DNA from: Patescibacteria group bacterium
GTDB taxonomy: Bacteria > Patescibacteriota > Minisyncoccia > Phycocordibacterales > PALSA-1337
DNA length: 48,646 nucleotides
Direction of reading: 5' to 3'
Assembly (NCBI GenBank): GCA_038065395.1
Contig: JBBTRB010000002.1
Location: 1 to 48,646, forward strand
Shown: in pieces, positions 1 to 9,513 of the stretch
Numbering within the stretch: position 1 is the first letter of the stretch
Layout of the letters: the number at the start of each line of letters is the position of its first letter
The notes under the pieces: generated by a model
What the model saw: the letters and a program-made list of their open reading frames with translations, nothing else
Databases searched by the model: none
What the model was told of the DNA's origin: nothing
Translations under genes and position numbers: made by a program

Positions 1-53
1 CGCCAACCTCTCGCGTGACAGGCGAGTGCTCTAACCAGTTGAGCTATGGCCGC
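1..53 (-). tRNA. tRNA-Asp(GUC), 5' portion only (3' part lies beyond the window start)
   Basis: The reverse complement reads GCGGCCA-TA-GCTC-AACTGGTTA-GAGC-A-CTCGC-CTGTCAC-GCGAG-AGGTTGGCG. This gives an acceptor 5' strand, a D-arm and an anticodon arm with GTC in a 7-nt loop. The T-arm is truncated by the window edge. Confidence 0.85.
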
Positions 54-127
54 ATCTCCACTAATCTACCAGAATCCACGGAAAATACAAATAGGAGGAA
101 TCTCGCCTATAATGGTAAACGAAAGTT

Positions 128-295
128 TGGGTGTCGGCGGGAGGAATCTTCCCCTACGGGGACAGTACAGTCTTCGCGTCTCGCTTCGTCCCTCGACAAG
201 CTCGGAACTCGCTGCGACATGCTCAGACTTTTCGATTCCTCCACGCAAAGCCCGCAAGGGCTTTGCTCGCCGTAAGTTGCCTACTAAAATCTGGG
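128..295 (-). ncRNA. t(m)RNA-3'-end-linked structured element, copy 1 (between tRNA-Met and tRNA-Asp)
   Basis: A 21-bp direct repeat tgggtgtcggcgggaggaatc occurs at 128-148 and 292-312; the second copy is the tRNA-Met T-arm/acceptor 3' end. The interior is homologous to 25632-25778 and 34318-34476 (shared gcgacatgctca core). It has a 9-bp hairpin at 245-266. Antisense segments of the tRNA 3' end lie at 231-242 (ttcgattcctcc) and 268-272 (cgccg). Membership of the repeat family is certain; function as an RNA is inferred. Confidence 0.6.
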
Positions 296-369
296 TGTCG
301 GCGGGAGGAATCGAACCTCCGACCTTGGGCTTATGAGTCCCACGCTCTAACCGACTGAGCTACGCCGAC
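296..369 (-). tRNA. tRNA-Met(CAU); elongator Met most likely, an Ile2 (lysidine) type cannot be excluded
   Basis: The reverse complement reads GTCGGCG-TA-GCTC-AGTCGGTTA-GAGC-G-TGGGA-CTCATAA-GCCCA-AGGTC-GGAGG-TTCGATT-CCTCC-CGCCGAC-A. This is a full cloverleaf with anticodon CAT. CCA is not encoded (the trailer is CCCA). Confidence 0.9.
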
Positions 370-461
370 ATATGCACGTCCCTGCAGAATAAACCAAAAT
401 CGCCCATTGTGCAATTGCATAGTTGCGCTGTATCGGTCTTTGTGGCAGAATAGGTCTACAT

Positions 462-533
462 CGCGGGGTAGAGCAACGGTAGCTCGTCAGGCTCATAACC
501 TGAAGATTGTCGGTTCGATTCCGGCCCCCGCAA
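462..533 (+). tRNA. initiator tRNA-fMet(CAU)
   Basis: Reads CGCGGGG-TA-GAGC-AACGGTA-GCTC-G-TCAGG-CTCATAA-CCTGA-AGATT-GTCGG-TTCGATT-CCGGC-CCCCGCA-A. The acceptor stem is nearly identical to the classic bacterial initiator, including the C1:A72 mismatch. Confidence 0.9.
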
Positions 534-642
534 CACGAATTTGACTATTTTTATATATATGGTACAATAGCATTGTATCAGCTAAGGTCGTGCGTGTGCA
601 CGAATCCAAGACTGAAAAGCACCTTACAACAGAGAATGGTCT

Positions 643-1458
643 ATGAATACAAAACTAGCGGCGCTAAAACAGCGTCTCAGCGAACTCGCGTTTGCCCGCG
701 TGACAAACTCAGTGGCAAAAGATGATCGGCTCCTGAGTTTTCATCACGATGGTGTCACTTGGTGGGATGATGAGCCAGGTTTCCAGGACAAATGGGCGAG
801 CCTGAGTCGAGTCGAACAACGCAAAGCTGTCCCTTCGTATCATTTCTATTTTGGTTTTGCGGACGGCCCGACTGGAAACATCCACTTCGACCACAAGGGG
901 CACGAATACCGGGTGGAGGATTACCCAGCCCTTGGAATTCTCACAAAGCAGAAAGCTTTGAATCCCCCATCGAGAGGCCAGTGGATCGTCGGGACCGTTG
1001 TAAATCCTGAACGTCCTCACTTCTACCGATGGACACGATGCACAGAAGCGGAGATGGTGTTCGCAAAGTTCCTGGTTGAAGGAAAAACTCAGTTCTCCGA
1101 CAAAGACCTCCATCATCTTTACGTCCACAGGCACATTTCCGATGGCCCGTCGACGAATCGACTCATCAACATGGCGCAAATCCTGTTAGCTCGCAACTTT
1201 GATTACTACTTGAAGATGCGGAGTGACCACGGCGGCGAATGTGCTGATCCGCAGGTTTACTCGATCTGTCAGGAGTATGGCGACAGCGAGTTTTGGGATA
1301 TGTACCGAGAACGGGCGCTTGCAGAACGTATCGACGATTCTGCGTTCTCATTCTCTTCAGTCATTCCCAAGCCGGCTCCGCAACCGATCGTGGAACGTCG
1401 TTCCGAGTCCGAACTTGCTCCCATCGGTCTCAATACTCCATTTGCTAACTTGAAATGA
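643..1458 (+). CDS. hypothetical protein (271 aa), no recognisable motif
   Basis: A long ORF with protein-like composition, followed by a strong intrinsic terminator at 1469-1502. I recognise no family motif. Confidence 0.6.
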   Translation: MNTKLAALKQRLSELAFARVTNSVAKDDRLLSFHHDGVTWWDDEPGFQDKWASLSRVEQRKAVPSYHFYFGFADGPTGNIHFDHKGHEYRVEDYPALGILTKQKALNPPSRGQWIVGTVVNPERPHFYRWTRCTEAEMVFAKFLVEGKTQFSDKDLHHLYVHRHISDGPSTNRLINMAQILLARNFDYYLKMRSDHGGECADPQVYSICQEYGDSEFWDMYRERALAERIDDSAFSFSSVIPKPAPQPIVERRSESELAPIGLNTPFANLK

Positions 1459-1468
1459 GGAGCGTCAC

Positions 1469-1502
1469 GTCACCTGGTATCTTCGGATATCAGGTGACTT
1501 TT
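1469..1502 (+). terminator. rho-independent terminator
   Basis: gtcacctggtatc-TTCG-gatatcaggtgac forms a 13-bp stem with a UUCG tetraloop, followed by tttt. Confidence 0.8.
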
Positions 1503-1574
1503 AATTGATATAAATTTTTAATACTTTCCACTATTCGATTCCAATCCTGTCTCACCTGTGCAACAAGAAGTGAG

Positions 1575-2225
1575 CTATATATAATAAAACTCCTCGAACA
1601 CCTTCCTATACAACTGGAAGATGCGTTTGGCTTCGTGCTGGTTGAGAGTGTATTCTAGTCCCCTGTGCGCGATGTCGTTGCGTGCTTTGTGCGCCTCCCA
1701 GGCATCTTGGAGAGTGGCGAAGTCTGCAGGCTCGGCGCGCTTGAGTTTCTCACCGACACTCTCACCACGATAGCCGAGGCGTGTGAGCACATCGTCGAGG
1801 ATCGTGTCTGCATCGAGGATCGCCTGCTTCCAGTCATTCGGGTTTTCGGAGTTGATATGCTGACCGATCACATCCCATCGCTGAGCCAGTACCATGTCAT
1901 TCTGAACAGGTACTTCTTCGGCTCCCGCTTCGACGATGCGCTCGACAGTCGTGTATGCCGGTTCGACTTTGAGGTCATAGATCTCTGCCTCTTTGAGACG
2001 GATCTTCTTGATCTGTTCGACCGAGTAGATGATCATAATGATCAAGAGGATCGATACGGGTATTGATATACCAACGAGGAGACCTGTTGCACTCTGGAGT
2101 GAACCGAAGAGGTTCGGATATATATCGACGATCCATTGCACCACCTTTTCACCAAAAGAGAAGAAATCAACCGATGGAGGATAGACGAGGGGGACGTTGT
2201 TGGTAGTAATAGTCTCAGGTGACAT
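1575..2225 (-). CDS. hypothetical membrane-anchored protein (216 aa)
   Basis: The ORF has one strongly hydrophobic segment (LLVGISIPVSILLIIMIIYSV) followed by a charged, helical C-terminal domain. No known motif. Confidence 0.6.
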   Translation of the reverse strand: MSPETITTNNVPLVYPPSVDFFSFGEKVVQWIVDIYPNLFGSLQSATGLLVGISIPVSILLIIMIIYSVEQIKKIRLKEAEIYDLKVEPAYTTVERIVEAGAEEVPVQNDMVLAQRWDVIGQHINSENPNDWKQAILDADTILDDVLTRLGYRGESVGEKLKRAEPADFATLQDAWEAHKARNDIAHRGLEYTLNQHEAKRIFQLYRKVFEEFYYI

Positions 2226-2240
2226 GGGAATAATTTGAGA

Positions 2241-2302
2241 TTAGAGATTAGTAATTAGAAAATAGCAGTGTGCTTTTCTAATATCTAATTACCAATCTCT
2301 AA
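2241..2302. repeat. AT-rich imperfect palindrome with heptad periodicity (related to 34854-34922)
   Basis: The left arm ttagagattagtaattagaaaa pairs with the right arm ttttctaatatctaattaccaatctctaa around the loop tagcagtgtgc. It shares the 11-mer tagtaattaga and the motif tgtg(c)ttttcta with the element upstream of ssrA. Confidence 0.7.
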
Positions 2303-2324
2303 CACCTCCTATTGTATCATCTCT

Positions 2325-3770
2325 CTATTCTCCCAAGAAATCCTTGCCCACTTGGAACAGTGTTTTCTCATCACCGTGTCTGCCTGATATTTGTAGGCCA
2401 AGTGGTAATTCTTTACCTTCTTTGGAAGTAGTGCCGCACGGAATTGAGATCGCGGGCATACCGGTAAGGTTCGCTGTCACGGTGAATATATCTTCGAGAT
2501 ACATTGCGACTGGATCTGCAGTTTTCTCCCCTATCTTGAAAGCCGTCGAAGGAGTTGTGGGTGTAACGATGACATCCACCTTCTCGAAGGCATCGAGAAA
2601 ATCTTTGGTGATCATCTGACGTACTGCATTGGCGCGGTTATAGTATGCATCATAATATCCAGAGGAAAGCACGTAGGTTCCCAACAGTATTCGACGTATG
2701 ACTTCCTTGCCAAAGCCTGCACGTCGCGTCTGGAAATAATCATCGATACCGTCTTTGCCGTCCACATGCAGACCGTATTTGACTCCATCGAAGCGAGCCA
2801 TGTTCGATGAAACTTCTGCAGGCATGATGACATAGTAGACCATCAATGAATACGAAATATTCGGCAGAGACACGTCTTTGATCTCGTAGCCTTTCTCCTT
2901 GAGCGCAGCCAGACTCTTTTCGAAGTTCTGTAGAACCGCAGGATCGATACCATCTCCTTTGAGAAATTCTCGAGGCACACCGATGACAGGTTTTTTGCTT
3001 CCGATCCTCACTGGCTTATACGTATCTGCACTAATAGTCGTAGCATCACGTCCGTCCGTACCCCTGATCGCATCGAAAAGGATTTCACTATCACTCACCG
3101 TCTTGGCGAAAGGTCCGATCTGATCGAGCGAAGATCCCATAGCCATGACCCCGTAGCGTGACACAGCTCCGTAGGTAGGTTTGAGACCAACCACTCCACA
3201 GAAGCTCGCTGGCTGACGGATCGAGCCACCGGTATCAGAGCCGAGCGCACATAGTGCCCCGTCCATCGCTACCGCAGCGGCAGAACCACCCGAAGAGCCC
3301 CCTGCAACACGAGTGATATCGTGCGGATTTTTCGTTACTCCATATGCAGAATTCTCGGTCGATCCTCCCATAGCAAATTCGTCCATATTCGTTCTTCCCA
3401 GGAATACAACTCCGGCTTCTTTGAGCTTCGCGATAACCGTCGCATCATACGGTGCATGATAGTTCTCGAGGATCTTCGAAGCAGAGCTTGCGATCTTGCC
3501 TTGGACCAAGATGTTGTCTTTGATGGCGATCGGGATACCCGTGAGCATGCCTGCCTTGCCCTCTCTGAACATCTGATCTGCTTTCTGGGCGGATTCGAGC
3601 ACGTCGGCATAGACCTCGAGGTAGGCGTTGATATCTTTGTTCTTGGCAGAGATAGTGTCGAGATACGCTTGTGCAAGTTCGACACAGCTAAAGTCACCTC
3701 TTTTCAGAGCTTCGTGTGCCTTGGCAATTGTTAGTTTTTTCAGATCGATGATCATGATATATGTGTCCAA
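2325..3770 (-). CDS. gatA: Asp/Glu-tRNA(Asn/Gln) amidotransferase subunit A
   Basis: Amidase signature GGSSGGSAAAVA, typical GatA length, directly downstream of gatC. An alternative start lies at 3755 (MIIDLKK). Confidence 0.93.
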   Translation of the reverse strand: MDTYIMIIDLKKLTIAKAHEALKRGDFSCVELAQAYLDTISAKNKDINAYLEVYADVLESAQKADQMFREGKAGMLTGIPIAIKDNILVQGKIASSASKILENYHAPYDATVIAKLKEAGVVFLGRTNMDEFAMGGSTENSAYGVTKNPHDITRVAGGSSGGSAAAVAMDGALCALGSDTGGSIRQPASFCGVVGLKPTYGAVSRYGVMAMGSSLDQIGPFAKTVSDSEILFDAIRGTDGRDATTISADTYKPVRIGSKKPVIGVPREFLKGDGIDPAVLQNFEKSLAALKEKGYEIKDVSLPNISYSLMVYYVIMPAEVSSNMARFDGVKYGLHVDGKDGIDDYFQTRRAGFGKEVIRRILLGTYVLSSGYYDAYYNRANAVRQMITKDFLDAFEKVDVIVTPTTPSTAFKIGEKTADPVAMYLEDIFTVTANLTGMPAISIPCGTTSKEGKELPLGLQISGRHGDEKTLFQVGKDFLGE

Positions 3771-3818
3771 TTCTTACTTGTCCCCCGAAGCTTTATGCGA
3801 AGGGGGAAATCATGTTTT

Positions 3819-4112
3819 TTAATCCTGCGCGATGATCTTCTTCACCGCGACATAGTCCCCTTCTCTCTGGGGCACTTCATCGAGAAGTCGCTCACGATCG
3901 GAAGAGGTGACATCTTCTGCCACATCGGTACGCATGACATTTTTTACCGCTCCGACACGACCTTCGGTATCCATCGATACGTCGACTTTCTTGAGCTGGT
4001 CTACATAGCCGAGGATCGAGTCGAATTCGGTGATGAGAGAGGCTTTGTCAGCTTCGCTCAATGCGATACGTGACAGTTGCGCCAGTTTGTCCAATTCCGC
4101 TGGAGTTATCAT
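3819..4112 (-). CDS. gatC: Asp/Glu-tRNA(Asn/Gln) amidotransferase subunit C
   Basis: 97 aa beginning MITPAELDKLAQLSRIALSE...ILGYVDQL, typical GatC sequence and size, upstream of gatA. Confidence 0.88.
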   Translation of the reverse strand: MITPAELDKLAQLSRIALSEADKASLITEFDSILGYVDQLKKVDVSMDTEGRVGAVKNVMRTDVAEDVTSSDRERLLDEVPQREGDYVAVKKIIAQD

Positions 4113-4193
4113 GAAACAGAGTGTAGCAATTTTGTCCCCTTAGGTCTACCCGACAGCCTAGGTGAGACTAGAGTAGAGAGGTATACTTATCCT

Positions 4194-4622
4194 ATGAGAT
4201 TCATCATATTTATCTTCCCTTTCCTAGTCCTCCTCGCTATCGGGTACATGATACCGTTGCTCAAAGTAGAGGTTGCGCCTCTCCCTGCGAATATCCTCCT
4301 AACCTACGACCGCACGGGTGGACCAGCGAACTTCAATGACCATCTCGTCATCTATACCAATGGTGAGGTCCATGGCAACGGTGCATACACCGGTACACTG
4401 CCACATAACACTCTCCAAGATCTGATCAGCTTCCTCGAGAGCAACCGTTATTCATCGATGGTCGAGTCTCTGCGTGACAGACAAGAGAACCGCAAACCAG
4501 TGCCCGATCCTGCACCACTTCGTTCTGTGACTATAGTGAACGCCATCAGCGGCACGATCCAGATCGCACCAGATACTTTCATCCGCAATCTTCTGCAACC
4601 GTATATTTCGAGTACGCTGTAG
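4194..4622 (+). CDS. hypothetical secreted/membrane-anchored protein (142 aa from the internal ATG)
   Basis: The track ORF 4077..4622 overlaps gatC. The ATG at 4194 begins a signal-like segment, MRFIIFIFPFLVLLAIGYM. No family motif. Confidence 0.5.
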   Translation: MRFIIFIFPFLVLLAIGYMIPLLKVEVAPLPANILLTYDRTGGPANFNDHLVIYTNGEVHGNGAYTGTLPHNTLQDLISFLESNRYSSMVESLRDRQENRKPVPDPAPLRSVTIVNAISGTIQIAPDTFIRNLLQPYISSTL

Positions 4623-4666
4623 TATGTGTCACCACCGTTTCTCTTGTCCTCTCTGTTTGTTTCTTG

Positions 4667-4853
4667 TGTCATCCCCGCGAAGGCGGGGATCCAGAATCAC
4701 TTCCAGTATATAGTCGACTTAAGTTATATAAACAATGAACATGACTGGTTCAGCAGGTAATTACAGGGATAGTTCCTAATGGTTTGTAATGGTATAGATC
4801 TAAGTAAGTAGCCATGCCCTTGCTCCTGGATCCCCGCCTTCGCGGGGATGACA
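4667..4853. repeat. MITE-like unit: perfect 28-bp inverted repeats (REP-like GC hairpins) flanking a 131-bp AT-rich spacer
   Basis: tgtcatccccgcgaaggcggggatccag at 4667-4694 has its exact reverse complement at 4826-4853. Each arm is itself a hairpin, ATCCCCGC-GAAG-GCGGGGAT. A third copy of the hairpin lies at 15988-16012. Confidence 0.8.
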
Positions 4854-4897
4854 AAAAAACGATGGTAGCAAAAGGAAGCGAGGATAGCGCAACATAT

Positions 4898-7012
<2,115 letters not shown>

Positions 7013-7019
7013 TCACACC

Positions 7020-7574
7020 CTACTCATACGTCACGCGCATGGCACGTTCTACGGTGCGAGGACCAATAGCAGGGCATCCAGTGTCGGTGTTACCGAGGTT
7101 ATAGCCTCGAGAATTGATCTGCTGTTTTATTATGGCACCATTGATAGGTTCAACATTGATACGAACCGTTATGACTGCACACCCCCTACTTGTATTGATC
7201 GGATCACCTGAGTCATCATAAAAGAATATCTTTACGGGGTCAGATTCGAACGTATCGCCAGTTTCAATCCAACCAGGAGGAGGATCCGATACTACATCTC
7301 CTCCGGTAAAAGGAATCTGGTACTGAACATCATTACAATAGAATACATCTGTCTCAGCAATGTTGAGTACCGTTTCCGCTGCACACTCAAGCCCCGAGTC
7401 TGCATTATAGATCGCAAACATCGAGTCACGCGCAGTTGAAGCCAATATATATTGTTTGCGTGCAACCGAAGTTATGAATATCGCCACACTCAACACAACT
7501 GCCGCTGTCAGTGTTGCAAAGAGGAGAGTGTATCCGCGGTTTTGTGAAGAGAATGTCATATTATATGATCGCAT
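7020..7574 (-). CDS. type IV pilus minor pilin-like protein (PilX-like, degenerate N-terminal motif)
   Basis: The N-terminus has NRGYTLLFATLTAAVVLSVAIF, a prepilin-like G-Y-T-L motif plus a hydrophobic helix but without Glu5. It is the last gene of the minor-pilin run. A start at 7559 (MTFSS) would avoid overlap with the upstream gene. Confidence 0.65.
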   Translation of the reverse strand: MRSYNMTFSSQNRGYTLLFATLTAAVVLSVAIFITSVARKQYILASTARDSMFAIYNADSGLECAAETVLNIAETDVFYCNDVQYQIPFTGGDVVSDPPPGWIETGDTFESDPVKIFFYDDSGDPINTSRGCAVITVRINVEPINGAIIKQQINSRGYNLGNTDTGCPAIGPRTVERAMRVTYE

Positions 7575-8115
7575 TTACGAGTTCACTGACCAGTTCGATC
7601 TGATAAGGGATCCTGCCCTGTGACCACTCAACGATCACGTGGACTTTGTAGGCATCAGCGGGAGTAGTGAGTGGTTCGAGATAGAAATAACGGTAGAACC
7701 TCTTACCTTCATTTCCTTCATTATCATGAGCATACCCATTTGATGTCGACACCAGGAGACAACTACCATCAGCCAAACATGGTCGCTTCAATACAACAGT
7801 ATTTTCATCGTATTGAGGTATAAATGCGATATCACATCTATGGAGCAAGTCACCATCCCCTATACACTCTGAGATAGGGGGGCTACCGACACCAGTCCAT
7901 ATACCCACGTTGTTACTGCGTATATTTTTGATGATCTCCATTGCTTCTTGTGCGAGAAATGAGGCCGTCATCTGATCACCCGAGTACAACGCCGCATTGA
8001 GACTACGACTAGCAGCCACAAGTGGTCCTGCCACAGCGATCATCAGGATCGTAACCGCCACCAGCGTCTCGATGAGAGTGAATCCACTATTCTGTTTACG
8101 TAAAAGGTGTGTCAT
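7561..8115 (-). CDS. prepilin-type N-terminal cleavage/methylation domain protein (minor pilin)
   Basis: MTHLLRKQNSG|FTLIETLVAVTILMIAVAG, a canonical class III signal peptide. Confidence 0.85.
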   Translation of the reverse strand: MTHLLRKQNSGFTLIETLVAVTILMIAVAGPLVAASRSLNAALYSGDQMTASFLAQEAMEIIKNIRSNNVGIWTGVGSPPISECIGDGDLLHRCDIAFIPQYDENTVVLKRPCLADGSCLLVSTSNGYAHDNEGNEGKRFYRYFYLEPLTTPADAYKVHVIVEWSQGRIPYQIELVSELVNAII

Positions 8116-8118
8116 ATA

Positions 8119-8832
8119 TTAATCTTCGAATAAGCGCGGCGATATGGCTGTCTGAACGTCGAAATAACTTTTCTCACGTTCACGAACACCTGCAGATCCA
8201 GAGACCCTAATAAACGCCAGTGGATATGCCTGTTCAGACACACTGAGTGTAATATCTGTTATATCGATATCATCGGTAGCCAAAAGTGGAGAGTATGCTA
8301 TATCAAGATCTTGGTCGCAGGTACTTTGCTCTGCTTTTAGGATTGCGAATTTGTCCGTTACAGGATCCCAGAATTTGTAGGCTATGATTGCTTTGCAGGT
8401 GGCACCTGGACCATTTGGAAGGACTTTGGATGATCTGAAAGCTAAAATTTTATTATTACCGAGCGCACATGCGACTGATTGAAAATTATTTTCATCTACT
8501 ATATCGCCCACGCCATAATCTGAACAAAAATACGTCGACCCGACTCTCATCTCACGTGACATAGTCTCCAGAGCGAAGTTGAGGTTGGTGATGGCTGACT
8601 GGAGAGTCTGAGCCTTTTTGTTGGCGCTGACGATATGGACGAGTGCGCCGAGTGAGACCGTGGCAACAACAGCGAAGATGCCGAGTGAGACGATCATCTC
8701 AACGAGGGTGAAGCCAGAAGAGTTAGGAAGTTGAAAGTTAAAAGGCGAAAGTGAACGCAAACTTCTGCGACCTTCTTGAATCTTGCTTCTTGAATCTTGA
8801 ATCTTTTTTGTGAACATTTCTTTTGTCTTCAT
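8119..8832 (-). CDS. prepilin-type minor pilin; the annotated start gives an unusual 40-aa leader
   Basis: ...PNSSG|FTLVEMIVSLGIFAVVATVSLG. The only in-frame ATG starts are at 8832/8817. An in-frame TTG at about 8760 would give a 16-aa leader. The leader region consists of heptad tracts at 8725-8752 and 8776-8803. Confidence 0.8.
   Translation of the reverse strand: MKTKEMFTKKIQDSRSKIQEGRRSLRSLSPFNFQLPNSSGFTLVEMIVSLGIFAVVATVSLGALVHIVSANKKAQTLQSAITNLNFALETMSREMRVGSTYFCSDYGVGDIVDENNFQSVACALGNNKILAFRSSKVLPNGPGATCKAIIAYKFWDPVTDKFAILKAEQSTCDQDLDIAYSPLLATDDIDITDITLSVSEQAYPLAFIRVSGSAGVREREKSYFDVQTAISPRLFED
8776..8803 (-). repeat. 28-nt heptamer tract C (sense GATTCAA GATTCAA GAAGCAA GATTCAA)
   Basis: Four 7-mers with the shared 20-mer. 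A second 4x7 tract, (AGGAAGT)(TGAAAGT)(TAAAAGG)(CGAAAGT), lies at 8725-8752. Confidence 0.85.
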
Positions 8833-8840
8833 TATAGCAC

Positions 8841-9509
8841 CTACTCTTCGACCGAGATCTGACCATTCTTTCTGACAAGAACCGAGCGAGTACTGCCGTC
8901 AGTACCAGCGATGATGAGTCTTACGTATCCCGGCTCAGTTCCACCACCTGCGCAGAAACTTGCAACACAGATAATAGCGTCAGGATCGGGACGTTTGAAG
9001 GTTATATGAGCCTCACCTTCCCCACACCCTGCTGTATCTGTACAAATATCTTTGATGATTGCCCCTCGCTTGAGCGCATATGTGTTGACGAGTTGGTCTG
9101 CCCCTGAGGCATAGAACCCTTCTGAACCAAGGTCACTATCTGAAAAGAAAATCACCTGGCTGTTAATCGATGTATCGTTTGAAACAAATATCCCGTACGC
9201 ATTGGTAAACGCACCTCCTTCTTGCTTCACACTCACTCCATACGTCTGCGCGGTACGGATCGTCAGTGCCATATCATAGGCAAGGTTGGTCAGGAGCACA
9301 CTTTGGTTGAAGGTGCCGTACTTGGCCACAACAAGCGCAGTCATGATGGCAAAGATAGAGATCGAGACAATGAGTTCGACGAGGGTGAAGCCTCGGGAAA
9401 AAGTATGAGGTATGAAGTATGAGGTATGGGAAGATTTGCAATTCCCTTGAATCTTGGATCCTGAATCTTGAATCTCTGAGTTATTGATTTGCATTTCTTT
9501 TGTCTTCAT
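8841..9509 (-). CDS. prepilin-type minor pilin (GspH/FimT-like); 40-aa leader
   Basis: ...HTFSRG|FTLVELIVSISIFAIMTALVVAKYG. No alternative ATG/GTG/TTG lies between the MKTKEM start and the cleavage motif. Confidence 0.8.
   Translation of the reverse strand: MKTKEMQINNSEIQDSGSKIQGNCKSSHTSYFIPHTFSRGFTLVELIVSISIFAIMTALVVAKYGTFNQSVLLTNLAYDMALTIRTAQTYGVSVKQEGGAFTNAYGIFVSNDTSINSQVIFFSDSDLGSEGFYASGADQLVNTYALKRGAIIKDICTDTAGCGEGEAHITFKRPDPDAIICVASFCAGGGTEPGYVRLIIAGTDGSTRSVLVRKNGQISVEE
9447..9474 (-). repeat. 28-nt heptamer tract D (sense GATTCAA GATTCAG GATCCAA GATTCAA)
   Basis: Four 7-mers. The adjacent 9401-9428 is a perfect 2x14 (equal to 4x7) tandem, aagtatgaggtatg aagtatgaggtatg. Confidence 0.85.
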
Positions 9510-9513
9510 TATA

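Noticed and set aside
128-295. Hammerhead or another small self-cleaving ribozyme in the conserved core
   Set aside because: The nearest match to the hammerhead CUGANGA box is CUGAGCA, which lacks the required GA. No matching GAAA/UH arrangement is present. I cannot recognise twister, pistol, hatchet or HDV-like cores by eye, so a covariance-model scan is still needed.
15-358. Track ORFs 15..275, 46..336, 66..257 and 131..358 (and similarly 25555..25885 and 34274..34622)
   Set aside because: They run across tRNA/tmRNA genes and the structured elements. They have R/S/C-rich, unprotein-like translations and overlap one another in several frames.
3771-3818. The hairpin CCCCC...GGGGG between gatC and gatA as another REP copy
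   Set aside because: Only the 5-bp G/C run pairs, the flanks are not complementary, and the sequence is not homologous to the 28-mer REP arm.
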